Shown here in pieces: positions 1 to 12,969 of a stretch of DNA of 64,000 bases. A model generated the notes under the pieces. It searched no databases and was not told the origin of the DNA. It was given only the letters and a program-made list of their open reading frames with translations. The DNA lies in assembly GCA_043228905.1 (NCBI GenBank), contig JBHGNT010000013.1, forward strand, positions 1,426,001-1,490,000, written 5' to 3'. A program made the translations under genes and the position numbers. This stretch comes from Azolla caroliniana (Eukaryota > Plantae > Polypodiophyta). Every line of letters begins with the position of its first letter. Within the stretch, counting starts at the first letter, position 1.

Positions 1-3
1 GTC

Positions 4-486
4 TGTGAGAAGACACAGATCACCAAGCGTGCCAAAAGTGTTACCGATTAGGAACACGGTCTACAGTCAGTCCTTCGACCTAGACCTCCAAGTGACTGTG
101 AAACAATGAACGGTGGCGTCTATGCGTAATACGTAGGGGAATGTTCCCCGAAACCTAAGAGGGTATAAGGGAGACAACTACAACCACACTCCTTAACAGT
201 GGCTACACACTCACGTTGCTTACTTCTACACTCTCAAGTATTACAGGCATACAGTAGATTAGTCATAGCTATACATAGTTATCAGAGATGATGGAATTCT
301 ATTACGATATGCTTCTTTACATTCCAAAATTACACGCTACCTCTATCAGAGGTTTTCTGCCCTTTATATACGCAGGGTCTTTTTAGCCGTTCACGCTTCC
401 TGTGTGAACCATTACATGCGGTACAATCTTATATTATTTCCTATTCCTACGCTCTTGTCCGTCGGTTACTATTCCGGCGGACAACA
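4..486 (+). mobile_element. Solo LTR (Tat-like Ty3/Gypsy family) inserted into gag of Gypsy A
   Basis: TGTG...ACAACA termini; clear homology to the LTR at 22814-23127; conserved GTATAAGGGAG TATA-like box; flanks (gtc | gtgtt) compatible with a 5-bp TSD cut by the window edge. Confidence 0.7.
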
Positions 487-2389
487 GTGTTAGAGAAAGA
501 GATATTAATGGAGTTCACGACGGAAGACTCGACAAGGATGACTGGACATGCTTTGATGAAGTGGATAGAGAAGAAGAATAAGAAGATGAGCACTTCGAGG
601 GTGTATGATGAATTCAACCAGATGTTTAGTCGTCTCCCCAATACGGACCAAGTGGTGCTTGAGGAGAACAAGACTTTATACTTCTTGAAAGCCGTGGCCA
701 TGAAGGATAGACGAGAATTGGGGACTCTTCTCGAAGACGATACCCAAGCAAATGGGTTTGTAGCGAACTGGATCGCGGTGAAACGAGCGTGCAATAGGCT
801 CGACAAGTGTCGTCAATGGGTTGATGGCACCGACTTGGCAGGATCGACTGTCACGGATAAAAGGAGACAACCAAAATTATCTAAGCCACCCATACAAAGT
901 AACCTGGAAGAAAAGAAGATTGACGACGACATCATCGAAGAACTAGCAAAGCAGTTCGAGACGGTCACACTAGCCAACATGAATTGTCGAGGGCCCAAAG
1001 GAAAAGAACCCTTTAGATGCGTGTGGTGCGATAGCATGGACCACATGAGAAGATATTGTTCGAGCCTTCGAGATGCCATTCGACAAAATATCGTGTACAT
1101 GGATGGCAACATGATCTGCTCGAGTGAGACTAGGAGACCCCTACGAGTGAATTTCGGAAGAGGGGGAATGAAGAAAGCTATGGAGGATGCCAAGGTGACT
1201 CATGTGGATGCGATGCACTATGCTGTGTTTGGCCGGAATAAGAGTCGGGAAAGACAAAAATGAATCTGTGAAAGTGGGAGCAAAGTTTTGCACTTCCGTT
1301 CTCGAGTATGAGAAGAAGGGGAAGGTCACATCGAACAAGTTAGAGCTTGCGGACCGAAGCGTGCAAAGCATAACCGGGTGGTCGGATCCGGTGGATGAAA
1401 ACACTATACTCGCAGAAGTGATGTGCAACAACCACAAGGTGTTTGTTGAAGAAAAGAGAAAAAGAATAGAAGAGCAAGGCCCATCAAAAAGACATGAAAC
1501 AAGGAATGCGAAAAAGAAAGAAGATGTAGAAACAAGTCGACCCTTACAAATGGAGGAAGGAGACGCTAGCCGAAAAGTGGAGTCAATCAAATGAGTCAAA
1601 GAAACGGTTCGGCCCGTGAAGATTGGTGTCGAAGACCCTGCTCGAAAGACAAGGACTATGCCTACCTATAACCTAAGGTTGGACATAGAGCAAACGACAG
1701 ACCTGAAGAGGATTCTCGAGGAACGCGTTCTTGATAGCCATGTGACTTTGTCCTTGAGGGAATTACTCGGCATTACAAAGGAGTTCCATGACACGATCAT
1801 CGACCTTGTAAAAAGAAAGAGGCAACAATCGGACGAGGAAGAAGAGAAGCCAAAAAAAGCAAAGATAAATGCCATAACAATGGCAAGGGACGAAGTCGAT
1901 GAAGATATGGTGGACAGCCACTATACTCGACCTCATTGGGCACAAGTGACAACGGAGACACCTATGAAGATCGGGGAGAAGAAAGAGACCGTGGTAGCCT
2001 TGATCGACCATGGCTCGGAGATCAACCTCATGTCAACCGAGTTCTACAAAAAACGAAGATGGCCAATCAATACAAACCATAGATGGAAGATTCCAGCGGC
2101 AACAAAGTCTACGGAGGACTTGTACAAAGCTTGTCCCAATGTTAAAGTCACGATCAGGGATGTGGAGATGGATCAACACTTCTTCGTGCAAGAATCAGCA
2201 TCGCATCCTATCATCCTAGGACAACTTTATATCACATCATCCCGAATGGAGACCAAGATGTTCGATAATGGAGCAGCCTTCGCGCGAATCAAGAGTCTTG
2301 ACAATCAAAGATTTGTTCAATTCCTAACAGTGCGAGTTAATCATGAAAGAAATCGAGATAGTCTTGAAGGGGAATCCCCGGATTTTTAG
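487..2389 (+). pseudogene. gag-protease ORF of Gypsy A (one frameshift, one stop)
   Basis: ORFs 487-1263, 1202-1594 and 1616-2389; zinc knuckle; aspartic protease motif LIDHGSEINLM; ends at G GAT TTT TAG. Confidence 0.85.
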
Positions 2390-2442
2390 AACGGACTATT
2401 GAAGCATGGGGCACAAATAGTCCGAGCATTCGCAAGTCCCCA
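2380..2442 (+). promoter_or_regulatory. Putative -1 ribosomal frameshift signal (GGATTTT heptamer plus H-type pseudoknot)
   Basis: Heptamer 2380-2386; stem CGGACTATT 2392-2400 / AATAGTCCG 2416-2424; loop TGGGG pairs with CCCCA 2438-2442; pol continues in the -1 frame; conserved in copy B. Confidence 0.75.
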
Positions 2443-3216
2443 CAAGGGAGTAGAGCACATCGATTGCGAGGAGAAGCAACATGTGTCACACCTAGTGGTG
2501 CATGTAAACTAGTACTACCAGACAAGAACGACAAGTGTCGGATACAAGACTTCGAGAAGATGCTGAAAGAAGAAAACATAATAGAAAAAGAAGAGTTCAT
2601 GACTCATATTATGGAAGAAGCCCCATTTAATGACACCATCGGCGAAATCAAGGATGTCGTGGACTTGAGCTATCTACACGATCATCGCATGATTTCGGCT
2701 AGCTCCATCAACATGTACACTATCATCGATGAATATCATCGAAATATCTTGATGAAGGAAGTTGATATCAACTGAAAATATAAGACGGTGGATAGGAAGA
2801 TCAAGCCAGTTGCGGTTCTGCTACCAGAAGATAGCTGGCAAAAGATGAAGGAAGTCGCTAACGATCCAAGCTTAAGAGATCCGAAGACAATAGGTCATGT
2901 CTTGACCGAAGAGACGAAGGGGAAGCTACGAGTTGGAAGGGAGGATTTCCTTCTCCCTGAAGAGGAGCGAATATTTCGTGACATGCTTGAGAGACATGGG
3001 AAGGCTTTCGCATTTCTTCCACGAGAAACCGGATGTGCTGATCCCAGGACAATAGAGCCAATGGTAATCTTCACGGTGCCGCATGTGCCTTGGAATTTGA
3101 AACCGATACTAGTTCCGAGAGCACATCTATCGAAGCTAATCAAGATCTTAAAGGAGAAGGTGAATATGGGAATTTTGGAAGCATCGAATGCTCCTTACTC
3201 TAATAAGTGGTTCAGG

Positions 3217-3930
3217 TGTCGAGTTGTTATGCGCGTGCGTGTAGAAAGAGGCGGGACCACGGGGGCCTTGAACCGAGGAGCGAGAGAGAGAGAGAGAGAG
3301 AGAAAGGGAGGAGAGGAGCGGAGAATTTGTAGATACGCAGAAGGGAGAAGGAAAGAGAAAGAAATGGAACACTTAATTACAGTAACAGTCGATTACAATA
3401 TCAAGAGATTACAAACTCTGACGATTACAACCGGCAAGGCGGCGATGGACCCGACACGGGGATCCTACTCACACACACAGACAGAACACACTGGACCCAA
3501 AAAAAAAAAAACATAGAAACGTAGAAGGGAGAGCCTCTGCTGGCAGCGCACGGGCTACCCACCAAGCAGAGGCGTCAAACTCCCAACACCCACAGAGAAT
3601 GACGACCGGCAGAGGAGAGAGAGCTCGGCACTCGGTCCTGCAACACTTCGTCCTCCCTAACACGCGATCCCTTCCTCCTTTCTCTCTCCCTCCTTACATA
3701 GTTCGCAAAAAAAAGGGGACCGTTCTTCCCTAGTCAAATCGCTTTATTCCCTGTCCCTTTCGATAGAGATACGCACCAATCCTCTAATAAATATGTACTA
3801 CCTAGTATTTACATCAGCCGACCTAATTATGAATTATGTCCACAATATCCATTCTCGCGTCCACCTATGTGAGAGCCGGTTCATGCGCCTTTTTCTCCGA
3901 TTCCACCTATGGCCGGTTTTCTTCACGACA
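3217..3930 (-). repeat. 3' LTR of Gypsy B
   Basis: Direct repeat of 9532-10235; adjacent PPT; contains a GA microsatellite. Confidence 0.92.
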
Positions 3931-3999
3931 TCCACCCCCACCAAACCGTGCATCCACCGGCATGCGCCAGAGACGGGTAGATACCGAAGAAAACCGGCT

Positions 4000-6900
4000 T
4001 CACTCGTCGCTCTCCGATTCTTTGCCGGGCCCGAACCGATCGTCATCATCGCTCTCGCTCGCCGGCTCCGGCTCGTCTTCGAACCGCTTCTTGAACACTT
4101 TGATCCACTTTCCGGCCATCGGTACTGCTAACCGTGTCCCATCTAGTTCCGTGAGGTGGTACGTGTTGTTGTCGTTCGCGCTCGTCACTGTGTAGGGCCC
4201 GAACCATCTCCTCGTGAACTTTCGCACCACCTTGTGCTGATTGTCGAGGATGTTGTCGTATACCAAGACCCAGTCGCCTGTCTCGACCTTCCTTGGTTGC
4301 AACCGGTGCGTATTGTTGAACCAGGCCTTCTTCCGCTCCCTTGCCGCCCGCAACTTTTCCTTCACCCGTTTCATGTCCTCCGGCCTCCGCTCGAGTTGCC
4401 GAATCCGCGCTGCCAGCAACTCCTCCCGGCTCATCTCGTCCTTCCAATCTATGGCCGTCCATGAAGAAACCTTCCGTTCCACCGACATGATCGGCTTCTG
4501 TCCGCACATCAGCTCTGCCGGCATAAACCCATAGTGCATAAGGAAGGAGCCGTGGCCAATTCCCGAACTGCCCTCCGCATGCATGCACCAATGCCTTTAC
4601 GATCAGCCCGTGCCCACGTTCTACCTTCCCGTTCGCCTCCCGATTGTACGCCATAGTGAGGGAGAGTTTGACCCCTAGTCGGTCGAACAGCTCCTCAGCT
4701 TCCTGCGTATCCAGCTCTCCCCGGTCCGCCACGATCTTCCCGACGCACCCATACCGACACACTACCTCTTCGATCAAGAACCGGCATACCGCCGCGGTTG
4801 TCTTGTTCTGCAGTGCACGACCTTCCACCTGGTTCATTAAATCTTCTCACGCAAGCACCAGGTATCGCATCTGTCCTACTCCCATCGGCATCGTCACCAA
4901 GTCTACCATCCATTTGAAATGGACCATAGGCGGGTTGGTCGGGTGTAGCTCGTCCCGATGTCGGACTACGGAGTGCATCTGACAGTTTTCGCAAGTTGTT
5001 ACGAACCGATGCACGTCCCGATACAGCCCCGGCCACCAGTACTTCTCCTTTAGCTTCCCGAATGTGGCCCACGTTCTGTGGTGCCCGGCCCAAGGACTCT
5101 CATGAAATGCCGCCAGTAGTTCCTCCTGTTCTTCTTTCTTTGCCACTACTCGGAGCGGGATGCCATTTTTTTTCTTTGGGTGCCTCCATATGCACTCGTC
5201 CCGTAGGAAGAATTGGTACGCCTTCTTCCGTACCCGGCTCGCCTCTTCTTTCGTCCACGCTGCACCCGGCGTCATCGCCCGTAGGAACCTCCCGATTTGG
5301 AGCCACTCCCCGTCGTACCTGTTTTCGTCAAATTCGTTAAGCGCCCGAGTGTCCCCTTTCCTGGTCATCACATTAGCCGACCCAAAGAAGTCCTCGCCGA
5401 CTTCTTCGTCATCCGAAACCATGCCGTCTTCGTCGCTAAACCTTGCTCTCGAAAGCATGTCGGCCATGGTGTTATCCTTTCCGGAGATGTGCCGTATCTC
5501 CGGGTTCAGGCACTTAATGTACACTATCCACCGGAGCATTGCTAGGTCCGGCATTGCACATCCAGAAACCATGCCGAGCATCGGTAGGCAGTCTGTCTCA
5601 ATTGTTACCTCCATCCCGATCAGGTAGTCCCTACTGGCCTTGACTGCCAAAACGATACCCCATAGTTCGCGCTTGACTTGGGCCTATCCTCGCTGTCGCT
5701 CGCTCAATACCTTCACCCCGAACCGGATTTGGAACCGTTCGCCGTCCTCGTCCTCCTGGTTGATCACCCACCCGATCCCGGTCGGGCTCGTGTCCACCGT
5801 TACGTAGATGGGGACCCCTTTACCATAAACCGCTTTAGGAAGAGCTGGCGCTACCGTAAGCGCCTCCTTTAGTCTCCAAACCGACTCTGTGTGTTCCGTC
5901 CTCCACTCAAAGCTATGCCCCCTTTTCAATAGTCTGTAGAGGGGTTCCGCGACATGTGCGTAGTGCGGGATCGAGATGTGGTAGAATGCGCATGCACCCA
6001 AGAATCTGTGGACCTTCGTAACCGACCTGCATTCATTCCTCGTCGCGGAGATGGCCTCTACCTTTGCCGGAGACGGTTTCCTACCGTAGGGCCCGCACAG
6101 GTGTCCGACCACCAAGATCTCCGACTACCCGAACGCCGATTTTTCTCCGGAGAAGGTGAGTCGTGCGCTCTCGAGCTTCTGCTACACCTTCTCGCAGTCG
6201 TTGATGTGGTTGACGACGAACCTTCAACATCCGTCTGGCCTGACAATCTTTATCGAGATGTCCTCCAAGAATGGCATGGTGATGTCCGGGATGGAGTCCC
6301 TTAGCACCTTGTTCATTGCGTTCACCATATGCGCCACCGAATTCGTCCCGCCTTGAGGTAGGGTACACATCCGTACTAGGCCGAGAGGAGTTCGCATCAT
6401 CGTGATATCCCTGCTCTCCACGCCTAGCTGGAACTGGTCGTACCCCGAGTATAACTCTCCGACCGAATAGATCGACCTTCCAGCGAAGCCCTCCGCAAAC
6501 TCATCTATGGTCGGTCCGATTCCTGCATTACGGATGGTCACCTTGTTGACCGATTGCAGGTCCTGAATGAAGCGCAACGTGTTGTTCTTCTTCGGCACCG
6601 TAAACCACCGATTCAAATACGGGGCACTCGACGGTTCGAGGATGCCCATCTCCACCTTTTGCTTGAGAAGCTCCATCAACTTCAGGATGTGAGCTCTTGG
6701 CACCGGAATCGGTTTGAGATTCCACGGTACATGCGGTACCGTGAAGATCACCATCGGTTCGACGATCGTCAGGTCCATGCACCCGATCTCCTCCGGGGAG
6801 AACGCGAAGGCTTTCCCATGCCCTCCGAGCATTCTCTGAAACCTGTCCTCCTCCGCCGGCAGTAGAAAGCCACCCCCACCAACCTTGAGTCCCATAGCAT

Positions 6901-9514
6901 TATGTCGGTGAACCGGTGCCCTATGCTAGCTGGATTCCGTAGACTTGGGTCCGACGCAACCGCTTTTATCCGCTCCTTGCTGCCCTCCGGCAAGGGTGCC
7001 GCGACTGGCCTCACCTTCCAGTCCACAGTCTTGTACTTTGTATCCACGCGGGCCGTCCGACCCGACCCGATCCTTTCCCCGAAGTCCGTGATGACTTCAT
7101 ACATTCCCATCGAACTAAATGGAACGGTCCGATCTTCTCTAAGGTCTTCACCGATCACCTTTCGCAACTCGCCCAAGGTGTCGTCAAAAGAGACCGCCTC
7201 CACGGCGCCGCTGATTTCTTCGTCGGGGAAGAGGACTCCGCATCCCCTGAGCTGCTCCTCCGCTCGCTTCCTTTCCCGGCCGCTGACGACAGTTCTAGTA
7301 CAACCTCTGTTTTCGGAGAACCAAAACTTCCTACCTATTGTACATGTGTGGGGTTCTTCCGGTGCGTCCGGACTACCGCGCCCCCACGCCTTGATAGCCC
7401 TCTTTGAAAATCCCCTCAGCTGCCGCCGCCGAGGGTCTCGCGATTCCTCTCATGGTTCAGATGTACGGTCATGAATTGGACGGAATGCTGACGGTCTTGG
7501 CTCTTGACGCGCGCGTACACCGAACCGTTGTCCAGCACCTTCGTCTCCATGCGTGCTGCCATAATGTATAATGTTTCCTGCATGAAGAAATGTTGATCTA
7601 TCTCGACATCACAGATCTTTACGCGTACATTCGGGCATGCACCGTGCAGCTCCTCCGTAGCACACGTTGCCACGCGTATCTTCCACCCGTGCTTGGTGTT
7701 GATCGACCATTTACCCTTCTTGTAGAAATCCATGGACATCAGGTTGATTTCGGATCCATGGTCTATCAAGGCCACCACCGGTTCCGGAACGTCGCCGATC
7801 CACAGAGGGGTATCCATAGTTGCCCTGGCCAAATGCGGCTTCGCGTAGTGGCTTTCCGCCAACTCGTCTTCTAGGGCCGCGTCTTCTAAGTGCGTAGTCT
7901 GCACCTCCACCGGCTTCTCCGGTTCTGGCTCTATCGAGAGCCTCTTCTGCTTCACCAAGTCTACGATGGAGTCGTGGAACTCCCTCTTGGCGATTCCCAG
8001 CACCTCCCGCAACGACAATTCCACTTTATTGTCGAGCATCCGCTCTTCAAGGACCTTCCGTAGGTCCGTTGCTCTCTCGATTTTGGTGCTCAACCGAAAC
8101 CCCGGCTACTTCTTTCCGCCTGGCGCGTCTTGGTTGCCGGCACCGGTCAGTTTCGGTCCGAACCGAGTCTCGTACCTTTGCGGGGGACCGACCCCCCCGG
8201 CCTTTCCTGCCCGTTTGTCTTCCACCAAAAGCTTGTAGTTCTAGCAAGCGGCTTCTACGAAGCCCGTTTTCTCTTCGACCGGATCGTCCCATCCGATGAC
8301 CTCCTGGACCCACTGTTCCGCGCGGTTTGCCTCTTCCTTCTTCAGCCGAACTCTGGAGAGGCCTTCTAGCACTAGCGGCCAAAATCCGGAGTCCTTCACC
8401 TTTCGGGTCTCATCACCCCTGACCCGAATTCCTGCTGACACTGAGTAGTTAACGGCTTCTACATGCCGTGTGTATCAACCTCTTCATTCCGCCGCGCCCC
8501 ATATTTAGTTCTAGGGCTTTTCGGGTCTCGCTCGCGTGCACCAGCCCGTTCCAAAGGTACATCACGTTGGTCCTGAGCGCGTCGGCAAAATCCGCGCAAT
8601 CCCTCCGAATGTGACCGATCACGTCACACCACATGCACGGCTGCCTAGCCGGCGGCCTCCGGTCGCGAGGTTGTTCACCGCTGTCTCTCCGTGCTTGTGC
8701 GATTTGCAGGTCGCGCACCATCTGTGTCAGCTCCTCCGGATGGGCCTCTGACCACGTCATTCAATGCTGACCCCGACTCCAGCCAAATTCGGTTCTCTTC
8801 CTTCCTACCGGCTGGCACCGATACCGGCTCCTCGGGCCTCCTCGCCGGGACCGGCCCTAACCCCTACGAGCTTTCGACGCTGCAATCGCACCGTTTGTCG
8901 AAATGGCTGCAGACCCGTTTTACCACAACCCAATCTGCTGTGAGCCCTTCGTCCGTTTCCAATAGGGGACCCACCTTTTCCCTGTCCAGCGCGTCCACCG
9001 ACTTGACAAACAGTAGTACTCGACTCGTTTCGAGCACGGTCCGGTCCAGCGTCGAGAGCCGCACGAACTGTTTTTCGAACTCCTAGAGGAGCGCCGACGT
9101 GTTCCTCCCTTTTCCGGGGCTTTCCACCCACGCCATGAAGTCCCGCCTCGACAGCCGAAGCGAGTCGTCAAACCCATACTTCTCGAGGAGCTGCAGTTGG
9201 AACTCCTCCCAAGTCTGGCATCTGGCCAGCACATCAAGCACCTCCACGTGGATACTCGGCGTCACCACTCGAGGGAATCCAGACAGCCGCCTGTCCACCG
9301 CGATATCCCTCATGATCATTTCGGCTTGGTAAGCCTCCAAATAACTTGTGGCGTCTTTCCCTCCGAACCGGCCTATAGCGCCGACGATCGATTCAATGGC
9401 TCTGTTGAGGGTACCCGTCCCCTCACGAGCGCTTACCAGCCGGTCGACGGCTACCACGATTGCCTCTGCTAGCTCTGATCCCCTCATCTTTCGACTCCTT
9501 TGCCGCCTTTTCAT
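4000..9514 (-). pseudogene. gag-PR / pol of Gypsy B (frameshifts and stops)
   Basis: ORFs 9083-9514 (gag), 8449-8760 (CMWCDVIGHIRRDC), 7416-8093 (LIDHGSEIN), 6224-6895 (RT), 5684-6115 and 4847-5650 (RH, INT zinc finger), 4000-4837 (INT core). Confidence 0.9.
7348..7413 (-). promoter_or_regulatory. Putative -1 frameshift signal in Gypsy B
   Basis: G GAT TTT at 7413-7407; stem GGGCTATC 7400-7393 / GGTAGTCC 7377-7370 (G-U pairs); loop GTGGGG pairs with CCCCAC 7353-7348; the -1 frame runs open into ORF 6769-7203. Confidence 0.75.
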
Positions 9515-9527
9515 GTCGGGTTCACCA
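9511..9527 (-). promoter_or_regulatory. Primer binding site complementary to the tRNA-Trp 3' end
   Basis: TGGTGAACCCGACATGA just inside the 5' LTR; matches the recalled plant tRNA-Trp end ...TCACGTCGGGTTCACCA with one mismatch. Confidence 0.8.
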
Positions 9528-9531
9528 AAGA

Positions 9532-10235
9532 TGTCAAGTTGTTACGCGCGTGCGTGTAGAAAGAGGCGGGACCACGAGGGCCTTGAACCGAGGAGCGAGA
9601 CAGAGAGAGAGAGAAGGGGAGGAGAGGAGAAGAGATTTGCAGATATGCAGAAGGGAGAAGGAAAGAGAAAGAAACAGAACACTTAATTACAATAACAGTC
9701 GATTACAATATCAAGAGATTACAAACTCTGACGATTACAACCGGCAAGGCGGCGATGGACCCGACACGGGGATCCTACTCACGCACACAGACAAAACACA
9801 CTGGACCCCCCCCAAAAAAAAGAGAAGCATAGAAGGGAGAACCTCTTCAGGCAGCGCACGGGCTACCCTCGAAGCAGAGGCGTCGAGCTCCCAGCACCCA
9901 CAAAGAATGACGACCGGTGGAGGAGAGAGAGCTCGGCACTCAGTCCTCCAACACTTCGTCCTCCCTAACACGCGATCCCTTCCTCCTTTCTCTCTCCCTC
10001 AAATAGCTCGCAAAAAAAAGGGGACCGTTCTTCCCTAGTCAAATCGCTTTATTCCCTGTCCCTTTCGATAGAGATACGCACCAATTCTCTAATAAATATG
10101 TACTACCTAGTATTTACATCAGCCGACCTAATTATGAATTATGTCCACAATATTAATTCTCGCGTCCACCTATGTGAGAGCCAGTTCATGCGCCTTTTTC
10201 TCCGATTCTGCCTATGGCCGATTTTCTTCACGACA
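9532..10235 (-). repeat. 5' LTR of Gypsy B
   Basis: Direct repeat of 3217-3930; followed by the PBS on the minus strand. Confidence 0.92.
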
Positions 10236-12969
10236 ACGGTGCGGAAGAAGAATGGATCTTTGTGATTCATCCAAGATCTTCAACCCATCTGCAACGTGAC
10301 AATTCGAAATGTTGGAATCGGTCCGAGCGTGGACGAATTTGCCGAGGCGTTTGCGGGACGGTCCATATACTCCATTGACAATCTCTACTCTAGATATGAC
10401 CAATTCTAGTTGGCAATCGACAATCGTGACATTACGACCATGAGAACTCCGGTCGGGCTCATGCAGATGTGTACCTTACCTCAAGGAGCACCGAACTCGG
10501 TGGCTCATATGGTGAATGCCATGAACAAGGTCTTGAAGGATTGCATCCCGGACATCACGATGCCATTCTTGGATGATATTCCGATAAAAGGATGTTCGGA
10601 TGAGGAGAAAGATGAATCAAAATATAAGGAAGGGTGTAGAAAGTTCATCGCGGATCATATGAAAGATTGCGAGAAGGTGCTTCAAAGGCTCGAAGATGCG
10701 AATTTGACATTTTCAGGAGAAAAATCCGCATTCGGGCAACCAAAGATCTTGGTGGTAAGTCATCTGTGTGGAGCATACGGCCGGAAGCCTTCGGCATCCA
10801 AGGTGAACAAGATCCAAGACGTGAAAGAAGAATGCGTAAACCAAACGGAGGTTCAAAGGTTCCTTGGAGCATGTGCGTTTTTATCATATCTGGATTCCGC
10901 ACTATGCTCACGTCGTCAAGCCATTATATGGACTACTAAAGAAAAGAATGAAGTTCAAATGGCGAAGCAAGCATACAAACGCGATGCGAAGATTGAAGAA
11001 ACTACTTCTTGAAGCTCCAACACTAAGAAAGGCTGACTATACCAAAGGGAAGCCGATTTATGTGATCGTAGATACGAGCCCAACCGGAATCGGATGGGTC
11101 ATCAATCAAGAAGGAGAAAATAATGCGCGGTATGCCATCCGGTTCGGAGCAAAGGTTCTCAGCGAACGACAACGAGGATACGCCCAAGTCAAGCGGGAAC
11201 TTTGGGGTATTGTGTCGGCAGTGAAGACGGACAAAGACTACTTGATCGGGTCAGAAGTGATAATTGAGACAGATTGTCTCCCAATCCTCGGCGTGATCTC
11301 AGGATGTGCGACACCAAATCTAGCTATGCTAAGGTGGATCGCTTATATTAAATCTTTAAACCCAAAGATCCGCCACATTGCAGGAAAGAAGAACACCATG
11401 GCTGACATGCTGTCGAGGGCAAGATTTGAGAATGAAGGTGACATGGTTTCGGAAGATGAAGACATCACTCTCGACTTCTTCAAGATGGTTCGACTATCGG
11501 CAGAAGACAAGGGCACGCTAACCCTCCAGGCCTTCAACGAGGAAGAGTACGAAGGGGAGTGGTTACTAATCAATAGATTTCTAAGAACAATGATGACGGA
11601 TGCTTCGTTGACGAAGGAGGAGGCCCTACAAATCCGGAAGAAAGCTTACCAATACTTCTTGAAGGGAGGATTCCTTTGGCGACACCCAAAAAGAAGGACA
11701 AGAATACCACGTTGAGTGGTGGTGAAGAAAGAAGAGCAAGTGATGCTAATGACCGAATTCCACGAGAGTGTCTGGGCAGGTCAAAGAGGAGCATGGGCAA
11801 CGTTCGAGAAGTTGAAGGAGAAGTACTGGTGGCCAAGCATGTACAAAGATGTACTCCATTTCGTGTCCACATTCAAAACATGCCTAGTACATTCGAATAT
11901 ACGTCATTGTGATGAGCTACGACTGACATACTTGCTCACCATACACTTCAAATGGATGGTGGATTTGTTCTCAAGGCCAATGGAAGTGGGACAAATGAAG
12001 TACTTAGCTCTGGCAAGAGAAGACTTGACAAATCAAGTGGAAGGACGGGCCTTGACAAATAAGACGACGTCGGTTGTTTGCAAATTTCTACTTGAGGAGG
12101 TTGTCTACCGATACAAATGTGTGGGAAAGATAGTCGTTGGCCGAGGGGAGTTGGATGCACACGAAGCAACGGGGCTTTTCGAACAACTAGGCGTGAAGCT
12201 CTCCCTCACCATCACCTACAATCCCAAAGCGAATGGGAAGATCGAGTGAGGGCATGGACCTATCGTCAAAGCCATCGTACGAGCATGCAACGGTCAAGTT
12301 GGGAATTGGCCATGACTATTGCCCTATGCCTTGTGGGCTGACAGAACGACACACAACTCGGTGACAGGATACATGCAAACGAAGCTTATGTATAGACAAA
12401 AGCCGGTAATGCCCATCGAAAGGACAATCGCCTCATGGGTAGCGATACCATGGGAGAACGAGTGGAGCCAAGAAGAGTTATTAGCAACACGGATAAGGAA
12501 ACTTGAAAGAAGACCTGAAGATCTAGAAAAAGCACGAAAGATGATGGAGGCAGCCTGAGTGAAGAACAAAATTCGGTTCGACAAGTCGCATCGACTGCGT
12601 CCCAAGAAGATCGAAGAAGAAGATTGGGTATTGGTCTACGACAACAGCCTTAATAATCAACACAGTACAACAAGGAAGTTCGCAAGAAGATGGTTCGGAC
12701 CGTATGTGGTGACAAGTGCCAACGATAATGCCACATACTACCTTGCGGAGCTAGACGGATCAAGGTTGGCCGTACCCATTGCGGGGAAAAGGGTAAAGAT
12801 TTTCAAGAAAAGACAAGACGAGGATCCTGACCTCGATCACCTCGACGATGAAGATAATAGGACGGATGTGAATGAGGATGTGGAAGAATCTGATTGATCA
12901 CCATAGTCGAAATCTCGCACTCTCTCTTCTTGGCATGTATCGGAGGACGTGCGGTTTGGTGGGGGTGGA

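Larger units (their letters stand above)
3217..10235 (-). mobile_element. Full-length Ty3/Gypsy element B (same family as A), nested in RT of A
   Basis: Two similar LTRs 3217-3930 and 9532-10235 (TGTC...GACA); tRNA-Trp PBS 9511-9527; PPT 3931-3947; gag-PR-RT-RH-INT on minus strand; imperfect TSD (aggt / acggt). Confidence 0.93.
2380..12897 (+). pseudogene. pol (RT-RNaseH-integrase) of Gypsy A, split by insertion B
   Basis: ORFs 2464-2775, 2788-3216, 10410-11012 (MPFLDD), 10864-11715 (DTSPTGIG RNase H) and 11716-12897 (integrase, WFGPY); several in-frame stops. Confidence 0.88.

Noticed and set aside
9511-9527. tRNA gene
   Set aside because: Only the 17-nt 3' end including CCA is present next to an LTR, so it is a PBS
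9460-10038. 192-aa ORF, and the C-terminal part of ORF 2788-3516
   Set aside because: Both are translations of the Gypsy B LTR including a GA microsatellite, and are not conserved in frame between the two LTRs
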